DNA of 52,126 nt from Candidatus Liptonbacteria bacterium RIFCSPLOWO2_01_FULL_56_20. GTDB taxonomy: Bacteria; Patescibacteriota; Minisyncoccia; UBA6257; 2-01-FULL-56-20. Location of the stretch: NCBI GenBank assembly GCA_001818655.1, contig MHLC01000007.1, positions 1-52,126 of the forward strand. The letters run 5' to 3'. The first letter of the stretch is position 1. Each line of letters starts with the position of its first letter. Below the pieces are notes generated by a model that did no database searches, was not told the DNA's origin, and saw only the letters and a list, made by a program, of their open reading frames with translations. Position numbers and translations under genes: made by a program. Positions 31,957 through 41,340 of this stretch are shown here, piece by piece.

Positions 31957-32631
31957 ATGACATTCTTGACCATTCTCCTCGCGCTTCTCCCGGGGATCGT
32001 ATGGCTCCTCTTCTATCTCCAAGAAGACCGCCACCCCGAGCCGAAGCGTCTGCTCGCGCTCGTATTCCTTTTGGGAATGGTGTGGGCGGTCATCGCGTTC
32101 GTCGCCGAAAAATTGATGAACCCCATTCTCCTCGGCATCGGCGGCGGGCGCCTTACGGTGTTCGCGCTCGTGGTACTCGCGCTTGTCGAAGAGCTCGCGA
32201 AATTCGCAGCCGCGTATCTTACGGTCTACCGCAGCCGCGCATTCGACGAACCCGTTGACGCCATGATCTATATGGTGGTCGCCGCGCTGGGATTCGCGAC
32301 CGTGGAGAATATCGGCGCCGTGCACGCGACGCCGGAAGGCCTCACGCTCCTTGGCAACATATTTGAAACGATCTCGTTCCGATTCGTCGGCGCCACGCTC
32401 CTCCACGTCCTTGCGTCTGCGCTTGTCGGTTTCTACTGGGCGAAAAGCATCCGGGGGTTCGGCGCGAGGAGTATCCTTCTCCGAGGCATAGTATTTGCCA
32501 CCATCTTGCACTCGTTCTTTAACTATCTTATACTGAGCTACGGCAACATTGCCTATGCCATCATAGCGGTAGTGATCGTCGGCTTCTTTATGCTGAATGA
32601 CTTTGAGAAATTGAGGACGAGAAACATATAG
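31957..32631 (+). CDS. PrsW family intramembrane metalloprotease
   Basis: 224 aa, multi-TM, VEELAKFAA (EExxK) motif, PGIVWLLFY N-terminus. Confidence 0.8.
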   Translation: MTFLTILLALLPGIVWLLFYLQEDRHPEPKRLLALVFLLGMVWAVIAFVAEKLMNPILLGIGGGRLTVFALVVLALVEELAKFAAAYLTVYRSRAFDEPVDAMIYMVVAALGFATVENIGAVHATPEGLTLLGNIFETISFRFVGATLLHVLASALVGFYWAKSIRGFGARSILLRGIVFATILHSFFNYLILSYGNIAYAIIAVVIVGFFMLNDFEKLRTRNI

Positions 32632-32658
32632 CGGCCGGACCGCGCATGGCACAGGATC

Positions 32659-33183
32659 ATGGTGAACTCGGAAGATAGATTTTTCGAAGAATTGGCAAGG
32701 TCGCACTCGCCCGGGATACAGCCGGCGGTAAAGCTTACCAAAAGCGGCGCGCCGGTCCCCCGCCGCGAGAAACACGCAAAACCACACGACAAAATGACGA
32801 CAAAACCATTGGAGCGAGAAAGAGACGAGCCCGAGCCGATGGACGAAGGCCCGGAGGGCCAGCTCACGATCGACGTGTATCAAACGCCGAACGACATCAT
32901 TATCGAATCGGCGATCGCGGGCGTGAGGCCGGACGACCTCGATATTGACGTTACGACGGACGCCGTGATGATCCGAGGGAAGCGGCGCCGCGAATCCCCG
33001 GTGAAAGACGAGGATTATTTCTACCAAGAGTGCTACTGGGGTCGGTTCTCGCGATCCATCATCCTCCCCCAGGAGATCGACGCGGATGAATCAACGGTCT
33101 CGCTTAAAAACGGAATCCTCACGGTAAAGCTCCCGAAGCTCAATAGAAAGAAAACGAAAAAGCTGAGGGTGAGGGTTGATTAA
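32659..33183 (+). CDS. Hsp20/alpha-crystallin small heat-shock protein
   Basis: ...IDVYQTPNDIIIESAIAGVRPDDLDI...GRFSRSIILPQEID...NGILTVKLPK. Start codon uncertain. Confidence 0.88.
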   Translation: MVNSEDRFFEELARSHSPGIQPAVKLTKSGAPVPRREKHAKPHDKMTTKPLERERDEPEPMDEGPEGQLTIDVYQTPNDIIIESAIAGVRPDDLDIDVTTDAVMIRGKRRRESPVKDEDYFYQECYWGRFSRSIILPQEIDADESTVSLKNGILTVKLPKLNRKKTKKLRVRVD

Positions 33184-33204
33184 CTGCTCGCTCTCTTTTC
33201 TCCC

Positions 33205-33399
33205 ATGCGACAATGCACGATCTGCGGCAAAGGGTCTATCATCCGCGGCAAGCGGAAGCTGCTGCGCGGCCATTATAATCCTACTTCGTCATCACGAAAA
33301 TATCCGAACCTGCAGTACGCGAAAGTGGATGGCGTGCGAAAATTGATCTGCACGTCGTGCCTTAAGAATCTCCACAGAAAATCCCGGGCGAAGACGTAA
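33205..33399 (+). CDS. rpmB: 50S ribosomal protein bL28
   Basis: MRQCTICGKGS...KYPNLQ...ICTSCLK. Confidence 0.85.
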   Translation: MRQCTICGKGSIIRGKRKLLRGHYNPTSSSRKYPNLQYAKVDGVRKLICTSCLKNLHRKSRAKT

Positions 33400-33451
33400 G
33401 CAGGCTGTCCGGTAGTACGTCTCGCCGTTCATTGTAAAATGATTCATGTCC

Positions 33452-33522
33452 CGGGCCATAGTATAGTGGTAATACGTACCCTTGGGGTGGGTATGTCGGC
33501 GGTTCGATTCCGCCTGGCCCGA
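33452..33522 (+). tRNA. tRNA-Pro (anticodon GGG)
   Basis: Acceptor CGGGCCA/TGGCCCG (C1-G72), anticodon arm TACCC-TTGGGGT-GGGTA, T arm GGCGG-TTCGATT-CCGCC. Confidence 0.88.
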
Positions 33523-33540
33523 CTGCTGATTTGACGAGAA

Positions 33541-33698
33541 CCAAAAACCCCGACGCGCGTCGGGGGTCTGTAAGCAAGGGCCCTGCCTCGATATCCCGGC
33601 TTTATACCAGGTGGGTGGACTCAATTATAGCCCGCAGGCTAAAACGATATTGTCCTCCCTTTTAAAAGTTGTTTGATCCGAAATCGTAGGCAGGACCA
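33541..33698 (-). ncRNA. candidate structured sRNA of about 156 nt (long closing helix, large central bubble, internal stem, apical hairpin, own terminator); 6S-like architecture, identity unknown
   Basis: Minus strand: closing helix GGUCCUGCCUACGAUUUCGG / CCGGGAUAUCGAGGCAGGGCC, with a U:G pair only in this sense. Internal loop of 18 versus 13 nt. Stem GGGAGGAC/GUCCACCC. Apical hairpin UAGCC-UGCG-GGCUA. Then CCCCGAC-GCGC-GUCGGGG followed by UUUUU. Confidence 0.4.
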
Positions 33699-33703
33699 CT
33701 TGC

Positions 33704-33733
33704 AGTATAACAGACCAGGTTCCTGTTTTACAA
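33704..33733 (-). promoter_or_regulatory. sigma70-like promoter for the candidate sRNA (TTGTAA-N18-TATACT)
   Basis: The -10 ends 6-7 nt before the first base of the closing helix. Confidence 0.4.
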
Positions 33734-33762
33734 ACAAATCGCAATTGTATACATTGGGGGAG

Positions 33763-35079
33763 ATGACCCATGCATGGCGGAGGCGCCTATTTTATTCTCT
33801 GTGCGCCTTATTTCTCCTCGCGGGAAGCATCGCGGTTGGCTACGCCTTAGGTTGGAGGCTCGATATCCGGCACTTCAGCATTACCAAAGTAGGAGCGATC
33901 TATATACGCAGTTTTCCGTACGACGCCGACCTCGCGCTTGACGGACAGCCCGTAAAGAAAAATCCGGGCTTTTTCGACCGCGGGACCTTTATAAGCAACC
34001 TTCTGCCGCAAAATTATCAGCTCGCCGTCACCCGCGAGCACTATGAACCGTGGCAAAGGACCATCACCGTGCGTCCGGCCGAGGTATCCGAGATAAAATA
34101 TGCGGTGCTCGTGCCCAACGAAGCAACGTCCTCCGTGAAAGAGCCGGTGCGGGATTTCTGGGCCGTGGGCGATGAAATTATCTGGAAAAATCAGAAAGGC
34201 GGCCTCGTATGGCGCGAGGCAAAGCTCTCCGGTACCCGCGTAACCGACTTTGTCGAAGGTCCCTTGCGCGCCCTGACTCTCGACGAGAGAACAGGGGCGT
34301 ATTTTTTAAACGACCTCGAGGCAAGCACCTCGCAAAATCTATCTGCCGCAGCAAGAACAGCCGGCCTGACACTTTCTTCGCCAGGCACGGCAGCAATGCT
34401 GGACCCTTTGAGTCGATCACGCGTGATCGCCGCGACACCGCGAGCCATTACGCTCTTTGATATGGAAACGGGAGTCGCGCTCCCGCTCAGCAGTTCCACA
34501 AGCTCGGTGTTCGGGAAAGTCGCTGTTTCAACGGATTGGATCGCGTGGACAATGGCTGAGAAGGCCGGCGGGATACGCCTTGTCCTCTACGACCGGTCTG
34601 CGGAAACGATGCGCGACATTCCTCCTACGCTCCCCGGAAAAACCATGAAAATCGCCTGGGGAGGCAGGGGCCTTTTGGGCATCCTGCAGGACAACGGAGA
34701 ATTTTTCATTGCCACCCCGCAGGCGCAGACGATCTCCCACATCGCGAGCGACGTCAAGGATTTCTCTATAAGCGGCGACGGGCAAATGGCGGCGGCGCTT
34801 GAACGCCGCGCCATTGAGGTATTTTCGCTCGCGGGTAAGGACTACTGGCGATTTAATCTGGGAGAGCGGAGCTCTGCCCAGCGCATCACGTGGTACCGCG
34901 ACGCGCGCCACCTCTTTATAGAGGGCACCGATGGAGTTGACTTCCTGGATATTGAGGACGACCTGCAGGAGAACACGAAACGCATCGCGGATGCGCACCG
35001 CAGCTGGTATAACGCGAAAGAAAACCATCTCTACTTCATCCGGGGCGATCTGCTTAAAAAACTGGACTTCCCGCTATAA
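33763..35079 (+). CDS. membrane-anchored PEGA-domain protein with a beta-rich C-terminal region
   Basis: Start trimmed to ATG 33763 (MTHAWRRRLFYSLCALFLLAG TM). PEGA-like segment DADLALDGQPV...YQLAVTREHYEPW. Confidence 0.6.
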   Translation: MTHAWRRRLFYSLCALFLLAGSIAVGYALGWRLDIRHFSITKVGAIYIRSFPYDADLALDGQPVKKNPGFFDRGTFISNLLPQNYQLAVTREHYEPWQRTITVRPAEVSEIKYAVLVPNEATSSVKEPVRDFWAVGDEIIWKNQKGGLVWREAKLSGTRVTDFVEGPLRALTLDERTGAYFLNDLEASTSQNLSAAARTAGLTLSSPGTAAMLDPLSRSRVIAATPRAITLFDMETGVALPLSSSTSSVFGKVAVSTDWIAWTMAEKAGGIRLVLYDRSAETMRDIPPTLPGKTMKIAWGGRGLLGILQDNGEFFIATPQAQTISHIASDVKDFSISGDGQMAAALERRAIEVFSLAGKDYWRFNLGERSSAQRITWYRDARHLFIEGTDGVDFLDIEDDLQENTKRIADAHRSWYNAKENHLYFIRGDLLKKLDFPL

Positions 35080-35438
35080 TCCGGAAGGTATTGGTTATGC
35101 ATTTCTTGTGCACAGAAAATGCGTTGTTGTCCACTGTTTTTTCACTCCGCGCTATTGACTTTTGCGAGCATAGAGGGAAAATGATAGTGGCTTTACGCGT
35201 GTGGAGGGACTTCCGGTCAAGTAATAACATTTACAGGTCCCACATATCGCGGTAGGTCTGCGGACTCACCGCTGAGGGCACCATGTTGAAAAACTGCGGA
35301 ATCAGACCCCACACGACGCGAAAGCCGCCATCCTGTGGGAACCACAGGAAAGCAAGATTCCTGTAAAGGAACACAGGAATCTTTGCTTTATGCCTTTCGC
35401 CTCTGCCGCCACGCGCGGTTTTTTTGTTCCCCCAAGGA

Positions 35439-35924
35439 ATGGCAAGCGGGAAACGAATGCCGTATGATGGAAGCATGTCCCCCATCCCCACGCTAGAAGA
35501 GCTGAGATCGCTCCGCAGGCCGCTTCAAAATACCCACCTCGAGCACCGCGAGAGACTCACAAAACTCGAACGGCTCGCCCTTCTTATCACGAAATACGTA
35601 GGAAGCATGGGGTTTTTCGCGGTCATACTCGTCTGGACGGCGTGCTGGCTCATCTGGAACACTTCCGCGCCGGCGGAGCTGCGATTCGACCCCTTCCCCG
35701 CATTCGTCTTGTGGCTTTTCATCTCGAACTTTATCCAGCTTTTCCTCCTCCCCCTCCTTCTCCTCGGACAAAACCTTGAGGACCGGCACGCAGAGATTCG
35801 CGCGCGGGCCGATCTCGAGGTGAACCGGCGCGCAGAGCAGGAAATCGAAGCGATCCTCGCCCGACTCGAAAAACAAAACGAACTCCTCGCGAAACTCGCG
35901 GGCGGCGGGAAAGACAGGAAATAG
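35439..35924 (+). CDS. DUF1003 family membrane protein
   Basis: The track start at 35424 is TTG; the first ATG is at 35439 (35457 and 35475 are also possible). FPAFVLWLFISNFIQLFLLPLLLLGQN...DRHAEIRA typical of DUF1003. Confidence 0.7.
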   Translation: MASGKRMPYDGSMSPIPTLEELRSLRRPLQNTHLEHRERLTKLERLALLITKYVGSMGFFAVILVWTACWLIWNTSAPAELRFDPFPAFVLWLFISNFIQLFLLPLLLLGQNLEDRHAEIRARADLEVNRRAEQEIEAILARLEKQNELLAKLAGGGKDRK

Positions 35925-35932
35925 CGCAGGAG

Positions 35933-36655
35933 ATGGCGGAATACTTTTTCCCTCTCTCTCGCCGAGAAGAGATCGCGGAAGATACGCTCGCGTTTACCTT
36001 TGACACCCGCGGGAGCGGGTTCTCGTTCCGCGCGGGCCAGCACGTGGACCTCACGCTCATTGACCCGCCCGCGACCGACGCAGAAGGCAATAACAGGACA
36101 TTCTCGATCGCAAGCTCTCCGAATGAACCAGCGTCCATTCTGATCGCGACCCGCATGCGGCCGACCGCTTTCAAAAACAGCCTGAAGATTGTCCCTTTGG
36201 GCACTCGCGTGAAGGTCGCGGGGCCGATGGGGTCGCTTGCGCTCCACCGCGACGCCGCGCGTCCAGCGGTCATGCTTGCGGGAGGGATCGGCATCACGCT
36301 CATGCGGAGCATGGTCATCTGGGCAGCCGAGGAACGGCTCCCCCACCGCATCTACCTTTTCTATTCCAACCGCACTCCGCAGGCATCCGCGTTCCTTAAG
36401 GACCTCGAAAGCGCGCAGGAGGAAAATAAAAATTTCACGCTCGTCGCGACGATAACCGACAGTCATGATTCGGACTGGAAACACGAATCTGGAAGAATTG
36501 ACGAAACAATGATGAAAAAAAGCGTTCCCGATCTCGCGCGCGCGATATTTTACCTCGCCGGTCCGCCCGTAATGGTCGGCGCCATGCTCGGAATCCTCGC
36601 GCGGCTGGACGTGGACGGCGACAATATCAAAACCGAGGAATTCACGGGGTATTAA
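35933..36655 (+). CDS. ferredoxin-NADP reductase-like FAD/NAD(P)-binding oxidoreductase
   Basis: RTFSIASSP (RxYS-type FAD motif), MLAGGIGITL NAD(P) motif; GCAGGAG SD. Confidence 0.8.
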   Translation: MAEYFFPLSRREEIAEDTLAFTFDTRGSGFSFRAGQHVDLTLIDPPATDAEGNNRTFSIASSPNEPASILIATRMRPTAFKNSLKIVPLGTRVKVAGPMGSLALHRDAARPAVMLAGGIGITLMRSMVIWAAEERLPHRIYLFYSNRTPQASAFLKDLESAQEENKNFTLVATITDSHDSDWKHESGRIDETMMKKSVPDLARAIFYLAGPPVMVGAMLGILARLDVDGDNIKTEEFTGY

Positions 36656-36718
36656 TACCCGCGGCGTTCAGTCTCCGTTCCACTTTCAAAGAAAGTGCGG
36701 TAGGATACAACCATACTC

Positions 36719-37762
36719 ATGATCGAACTCGTACTTTCTCTCATCTTCGTTGCGGTTGCGGTAGGCGCTTATTTTTTGTGGCGGCTTTTTGAGGGTCGGC
36801 GGCCGAAAGAAGGCGACCAATCACTCATCATGCTGCAGAATCAGATAAGCGAGCTCACGCGGACGCTTGATATGAAGCTCGGCGAATCCACTAAGGCGAT
36901 ACAGGCGCAATTCGGACACTCGACGCGGATCATCGAAAACGTCACGGAGCGGCTCGCGAAACTTGATGAGACCAACCGCCAGGTGGTCAATTTCGCGGAC
37001 CAGCTCAAAAACCTCCAGGATATCCTCAAAAACCCGAAACAGCGCGGTATCCTCGGCGAATACTACCTCGAGACCGTCCTCAAGAACGTCCTGCCCCCAG
37101 GGAGCTACCAGATGCAGTACCCGTTCAAAAGCGGAGATATTGTCGACGCCGTAATTTTCTACCAAGAGAGGGTCATCCCGGTCGACTCGAAATTCAGCCT
37201 GGAGAACTACAACCGGCTCCTCGAGGCGAAAACCGATACAGACCGCAAACGCTTTGAAGACCTCCTCCGCACCGACCTCAAGAACCGCATCGATGAGACG
37301 GCGAAGTACATCCGGCCCGCGGAAGGCACGATCGAATTCGCATTCATGTTCATCCCCTCGGAAGCGCTCTACTATGACCTCCTCGTGAACAAAGTAGGCG
37401 CGGTCAATGCGAGGGACCTCGTAGAATACGCCGCGGGAGAGAAGCGCGTCTTCATTGTCTCGCCCACCTCGTTCCTCGCGTACCTGCAGACCGTGATCCA
37501 AGGTCTCCGGCAGGTGGAGATCAATAAATCCGCGGAACAGATCCGGAAGAACATCGGCGAACTCGCCCGGCACCTCGGCAACTACGACGCATTTTTAGAG
37601 AAACTCGGTACGCACCTCGGCACGTCGGTCAATATGTACAACAAGGCCTATAAAGAATTCGGCAAGATCGACAAGGATGTGTTGAGGATCACGGGAAAAC
37701 CCATAGGCATCGAGCCGGTGGCGCTCGACGCTCCGCAGCAAGGAGAAGACACCGAATCCTAG
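36719..37762 (+). CDS. rmuC: DNA recombination protein RmuC
   Basis: N-terminal TM, coiled coil, RmuC nuclease-like core (...PDAVI...VIPVDSKF...FMFIPSEALY). Confidence 0.88.
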   Translation: MIELVLSLIFVAVAVGAYFLWRLFEGRRPKEGDQSLIMLQNQISELTRTLDMKLGESTKAIQAQFGHSTRIIENVTERLAKLDETNRQVVNFADQLKNLQDILKNPKQRGILGEYYLETVLKNVLPPGSYQMQYPFKSGDIVDAVIFYQERVIPVDSKFSLENYNRLLEAKTDTDRKRFEDLLRTDLKNRIDETAKYIRPAEGTIEFAFMFIPSEALYYDLLVNKVGAVNARDLVEYAAGEKRVFIVSPTSFLAYLQTVIQGLRQVEINKSAEQIRKNIGELARHLGNYDAFLEKLGTHLGTSVNMYNKAYKEFGKIDKDVLRITGKPIGIEPVALDAPQQGEDTES

Positions 37763-38976
37763 CGCTTCCGTCTCCTAAGGAAGGTCGGGATGTCCCACGT
37801 ATCGCTTTCGTTCTTCTTGGCTTTCGTTTCCTGTTGATCCGCTTCCATGTCCGCCGCAGCAGCCGCCGCGGTTGTCACGCTTTTTTCTTTGACTTCAGAC
37901 ACCTTTCCTTTCTTGGGTTCTTCAGCGACCCGCGTATTCCCCAAAAAACTCCTTCGTGCATCGCTCGCCCCAAGATACGTCGTAAAGAGCGGGGCGGGCT
38001 GCACTGATCCGCTGAAGCCCGTGGCGATCAAGGTCACCTTGAGCGCGTGCTCGCGCAAGTGCCGGTCGTGGTACGCCCCAAAAATGATCTTCGCAGAAGG
38101 ATCGACTGCATCACTCACTACTTTCGCGATGTCGTTTACCTCGTTCATCTTTATGTCCCGCCCGCCCGAGATGCTGAGGAGCACTCCCCGTGCGCCCTCG
38201 GGATTTACGTCCAAGAGCGGCGAGTTCAGCGCGGAATTCACCGCCTTGACCGCCCTGTCCTGGCCCGAGGCGACCCCTACGCCCACGATCGCGGATCCCG
38301 TATCTTGGATAATAGTGCGCACGTCCGCGAAGTCCACGTTCACAATGCCGGGGGTTACGATCAGCTCCACGATGCCCAAAAGCGCATTCCGGAGCACGTC
38401 GTCAATCGCCTCGAACGCCTTGAGGAGCGGGGTGTCTTTGCTGATAACGCTGAAGATCCGGTCGTTGGGGACCACGATCAATGCGTCTACTTTATCTTTA
38501 AGGCGCAGCAATCCTTCTTCCGCGATCCGCTGACGCTGGCTTCCCTCGAACGCGAACGGCTTCGTCACGAACGCGAGAGTCAATGCCCCGCTTTGCTTTG
38601 CAACTTCGGCAACGATTGGCGACACGCCGGTACCAGTTCCCCCGCCAAATCCCGCCGTAAGGAACACGAGGTCAGCCCCTTTTACCGCCTCCGCGATCTC
38701 CGAACGATTCTCTTCGCCAGCCTGCCGCCCGAGTTCAGGATTCATCCCTGTTCCAAGGCCACGAGTAAGGTTCCTGCCGATGTACACCTTGTGCCGCGCC
38801 TCACAATGGTCGAGATCCTGATGGTCGGTATTGATTGCCACGAACTCAACGCCGCGAATGAAATTGCGGCTCATCCGGGAAACCGCGTTCCCGCCGCCGC
38901 CGCCGACGCCTACCACCTTAATGGTGGCGAGCGGCAATCCCCTCCTCTGCCGTAACTGTTTCCTGGTTTTCTTCAT
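37759..38976 (-). CDS. ftsZ: cell division GTPase FtsZ
   Basis: GVGGGGGNAV, AGFGGGTGTG tubulin signature. Confidence 0.96.
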   Translation of the reverse strand: MKKTRKQLRQRRGLPLATIKVVGVGGGGGNAVSRMSRNFIRGVEFVAINTDHQDLDHCEARHKVYIGRNLTRGLGTGMNPELGRQAGEENRSEIAEAVKGADLVFLTAGFGGGTGTGVSPIVAEVAKQSGALTLAFVTKPFAFEGSQRQRIAEEGLLRLKDKVDALIVVPNDRIFSVISKDTPLLKAFEAIDDVLRNALLGIVELIVTPGIVNVDFADVRTIIQDTGSAIVGVGVASGQDRAVKAVNSALNSPLLDVNPEGARGVLLSISGGRDIKMNEVNDIAKVVSDAVDPSAKIIFGAYHDRHLREHALKVTLIATGFSGSVQPAPLFTTYLGASDARRSFLGNTRVAEEPKKGKVSEVKEKSVTTAAAAAADMEADQQETKAKKNESDTWDIPTFLRRRKR

Positions 38977-38982
38977 ATATGG

Positions 38983-40209
38983 TTAAGGCAAAAAGTATCT
39001 TAGGATGTTTTTCATGCGGCTTGTGAGTCCCGCTCCCGTCGCCTGCCACCCGCCTCGATCAAAGCCCCACAAGGCGAGCCCCAGGACATTCACATACTCC
39101 GGGTCCTCAAACACCTCGGAAAAGGCCGTGGAGGGAGACGCCCAGGCGTCGTTCATCGAAGAACCGATCTGGGTTGAAAGCTTCAACTCCTGTCGCGCGA
39201 GTTCGGTCATGCCAGGGAGCTTTGCGCCGCCGCCGACCAAGACCGCCCCGCCTGCAAGCTGCCCTGCTTTCCCCAGTGATTTTATCTCATTATTCACGAA
39301 TTCGAAAATCTCCGCAAGCCGCGGCTCGATGATCTCCGCGATGTACCGCCGTGATACAGAACCCTTTGTCTCTGGAGAGAATTTTTGAAGATCCACCGCT
39401 TCTTTCGAACTCATCTCGCGGGCCACGGCATAGCCGTAGTGCAGCTTAAGATTCTCCGCAACTTCGACGGGGATGCGCAGACCCACGGCGAGGTCGTTCG
39501 TAATATTGCCGGCGCCAACCGGAAATATCGCGACTCCCGAAAGCTTGTTCTCATGATATATCGACATGGCGGTCGTGCCGAACCCGATATCGATGAGCAC
39601 CACGCCGAGTTCTTTTTGCACTTTGCTCAACGTCGAACGGCTCCCGCTCAACGGATCGAACACCATCCCGCCGATGCGGCCGCCTGCAAGCTCCACCGCA
39701 CGCATCACGCTCTTCACGTGAGGCGCGAACGCGTCAACGATCAGGCTCATCACCTCGAGCCGATTTCCGGAAAGGCCGAGGGGGTCGTTGATATCGGGCA
39801 CGCCGTCCACGATAAACTCGCGGGTCACGTTATGGATAACCATACGGTTCGGCGCGAGATGGACCGCCTGGCTTGCCTTGGTCACCCGTTCAATATCGTC
39901 CTCATAGATCTCGTTGTCGGCGCGGGAAACCGCTACGATGCCGTGCGAATGCTGGGCTTTGACCTGATGGGTGCCGATGTTCACGTACACGTTCTTTACC
40001 GCGGGTTTTGCGATTTTTTTTGCCTCGCCCAAAGCGCGCGCTATCGCCCCTGAAACCAACGCGATATCGGCTATCGCGCCTTTCCGAAGCCCTATGGCGG
40101 ATTCTTTAAAGATCGCGCGGAGGATTGGGCGGCCGCCGCGGTTCTCAGCCACCGTAACTTTTATCGCTGCGGTTCCGATGTCCAATCCTACGATAAAACG
40201 TGAAGCCAT
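38983..40209 (-). CDS. ftsA: cell division protein FtsA
   Basis: Actin-fold ATPase (VGLDIGTAAIKV...DIGFGTT...). Immediately upstream of ftsZ. Confidence 0.92.
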   Translation of the reverse strand: MASRFIVGLDIGTAAIKVTVAENRGGRPILRAIFKESAIGLRKGAIADIALVSGAIARALGEAKKIAKPAVKNVYVNIGTHQVKAQHSHGIVAVSRADNEIYEDDIERVTKASQAVHLAPNRMVIHNVTREFIVDGVPDINDPLGLSGNRLEVMSLIVDAFAPHVKSVMRAVELAGGRIGGMVFDPLSGSRSTLSKVQKELGVVLIDIGFGTTAMSIYHENKLSGVAIFPVGAGNITNDLAVGLRIPVEVAENLKLHYGYAVAREMSSKEAVDLQKFSPETKGSVSRRYIAEIIEPRLAEIFEFVNNEIKSLGKAGQLAGGAVLVGGGAKLPGMTELARQELKLSTQIGSSMNDAWASPSTAFSEVFEDPEYVNVLGLALWGFDRGGWQATGAGLTSRMKNILRYFLP

Positions 40210-40213
40210 GGTT

Positions 40214-40672
40214 CTAACGCTCTGTTATCGCTCGGATAACCGGACGCATACGGCGGCTGGCAAAGACCGTTCTCGCAAGCCGTCCCTCTTGCCGCGTCAT
40301 GACACGCGCGTCGCCTGGCCGGCCGTGCCGATATCCCAAAAGGTGCAGGAGGCCGTGAATGAAGAGCGACACGGCATGCTGCGGTTCTTTCCGCACGACC
40401 GCGGCGTTCAGATATAGCTCGCCTATGCATTTCTCTTTTTCTTCGGGATGAGGAAAATTCTTCGGCTCCTCGAACGCAAGCACGTCAACCACGCGCGCAT
40501 CTTTTTTTAAGAATTTTCGTTTCATATCCCGCAGCATCTGATTCCCTACGAGAAAAACATGCACGTGCGTACGACGGCGCCCACGCATCCGCAATATTTC
40601 CTGCGCAAGCTTCTCAAACTTTCGGGTCCGCTGTTCATTTTTTTTGGCTGCTTGTCGCCTGCCCACGCTCAT
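40214..40672 (-). CDS. ybeY: rRNA maturation endoribonuclease YbeY
   Basis: HGLLHLLGYRH zinc motif. Confidence 0.9.
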   Translation of the reverse strand: MSVGRRQAAKKNEQRTRKFEKLAQEILRMRGRRRTHVHVFLVGNQMLRDMKRKFLKKDARVVDVLAFEEPKNFPHPEEKEKCIGELYLNAAVVRKEPQHAVSLFIHGLLHLLGYRHGRPGDARVMTRQEGRLARTVFASRRMRPVIRAITER

Positions 40673-41115
40673 CGCAGCGCCTCCTTTACCACGTCGCTCA
40701 CGAGCTGCCCAGACGCCCTCCCTTTGAGTCGCTTCATCGCCTCTTTGATCAACGATTGAAAATCCGAAAGTCCCTCGTCTTTGAGGCCGCGCACCACGGC
40801 TTCAATCTCGCCCCGGCTCATGGGCGGCGGAAGGTATTCGCGAATTCGGTCAAGCTCTTTCTTCTCTTTCTCTGCAAGATCTTGCCGTCCTCCCTTCTCA
40901 AATAGCGCGATGGCCTCCTCCCGTTTCTTGGCTTCTTTCTGGAACACCGCACGCGCATCGTCATCGGTGAGCGCAGGCGGCTCGCCTTTCGTACGCTTCT
41001 CTATCTCGCGGTTGTGAAGCTCGCTCAGGAGGAGCCTGAGGGTCGCGAGCCGCCCCTCGTCTCCTGCCTTTTGGGCGTCCTTGGCCGCATCGATTATTTT
41101 CTCGTGGAGCGTCAT
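40669..41115 (-). CDS. GatB/YqeY domain protein
   Basis: 148 aa, ...LRLLLSELHNREIE...EIAVVRGLK-type YqeY layout. ATGA overlap with ybeY. Confidence 0.85.
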   Translation of the reverse strand: MTLHEKIIDAAKDAQKAGDEGRLATLRLLLSELHNREIEKRTKGEPPALTDDDARAVFQKEAKKREEAIALFEKGGRQDLAEKEKKELDRIREYLPPPMSRGEIEAVVRGLKDEGLSDFQSLIKEAMKRLKGRASGQLVSDVVKEALR

Positions 41116-41118
41116 GGT

Positions 41119-41340
41119 CTACACAAGGCCCAATTTTTTAAGCCGCACCATCTCGCTGCGCTTCTTCGCCCGATAAATTGCGGAGAGCCGCCGCTTTCTC
41201 CGGTTCAGGGGACGGCTGCGAAACCTGCGCCTCCGCGCCTCTGCCAAGACGCCGCTTTGCCGTACTCGCTTTGAAAAGCGGAAGAGGAGACTGCCGGTTG
41301 ATTCGCCTTCACGCTTCTTGACCTCGATCGTTTTCCTCAT
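41119..41340 (-). CDS. rpsU: 30S ribosomal protein bS21
   Basis: 73 aa, very basic, ...LLFRFSKRVRQSGVLAEARRRRF... Confidence 0.78.
   Translation of the reverse strand: MRKTIEVKKREGESTGSLLFRFSKRVRQSGVLAEARRRRFRSRPLNRRKRRLSAIYRAKKRSEMVRLKKLGLV

Noticed and set aside
31936-33027. 363-aa minus-strand ORF opposite prsW and hsp20
   Set aside because: Arg/His/Asp-rich nonsense composition. It overlaps two recognisable plus-strand genes.
33541-33698. SRP (4.5S) RNA
   Set aside because: The 3' arm resembles GCCGGGAU..GGCAGGGCCC of E. coli 4.5S. But the apical region lacks the GNRA tetraloop and the AGCAGC/GGAA domain IV motifs.
35525-36484. 319-aa and 206-aa minus-strand ORFs opposite the DUF1003 and FNR-like genes
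   Set aside because: Shadow ORFs in GC-rich DNA. The plus-strand genes carry clear family motifs.
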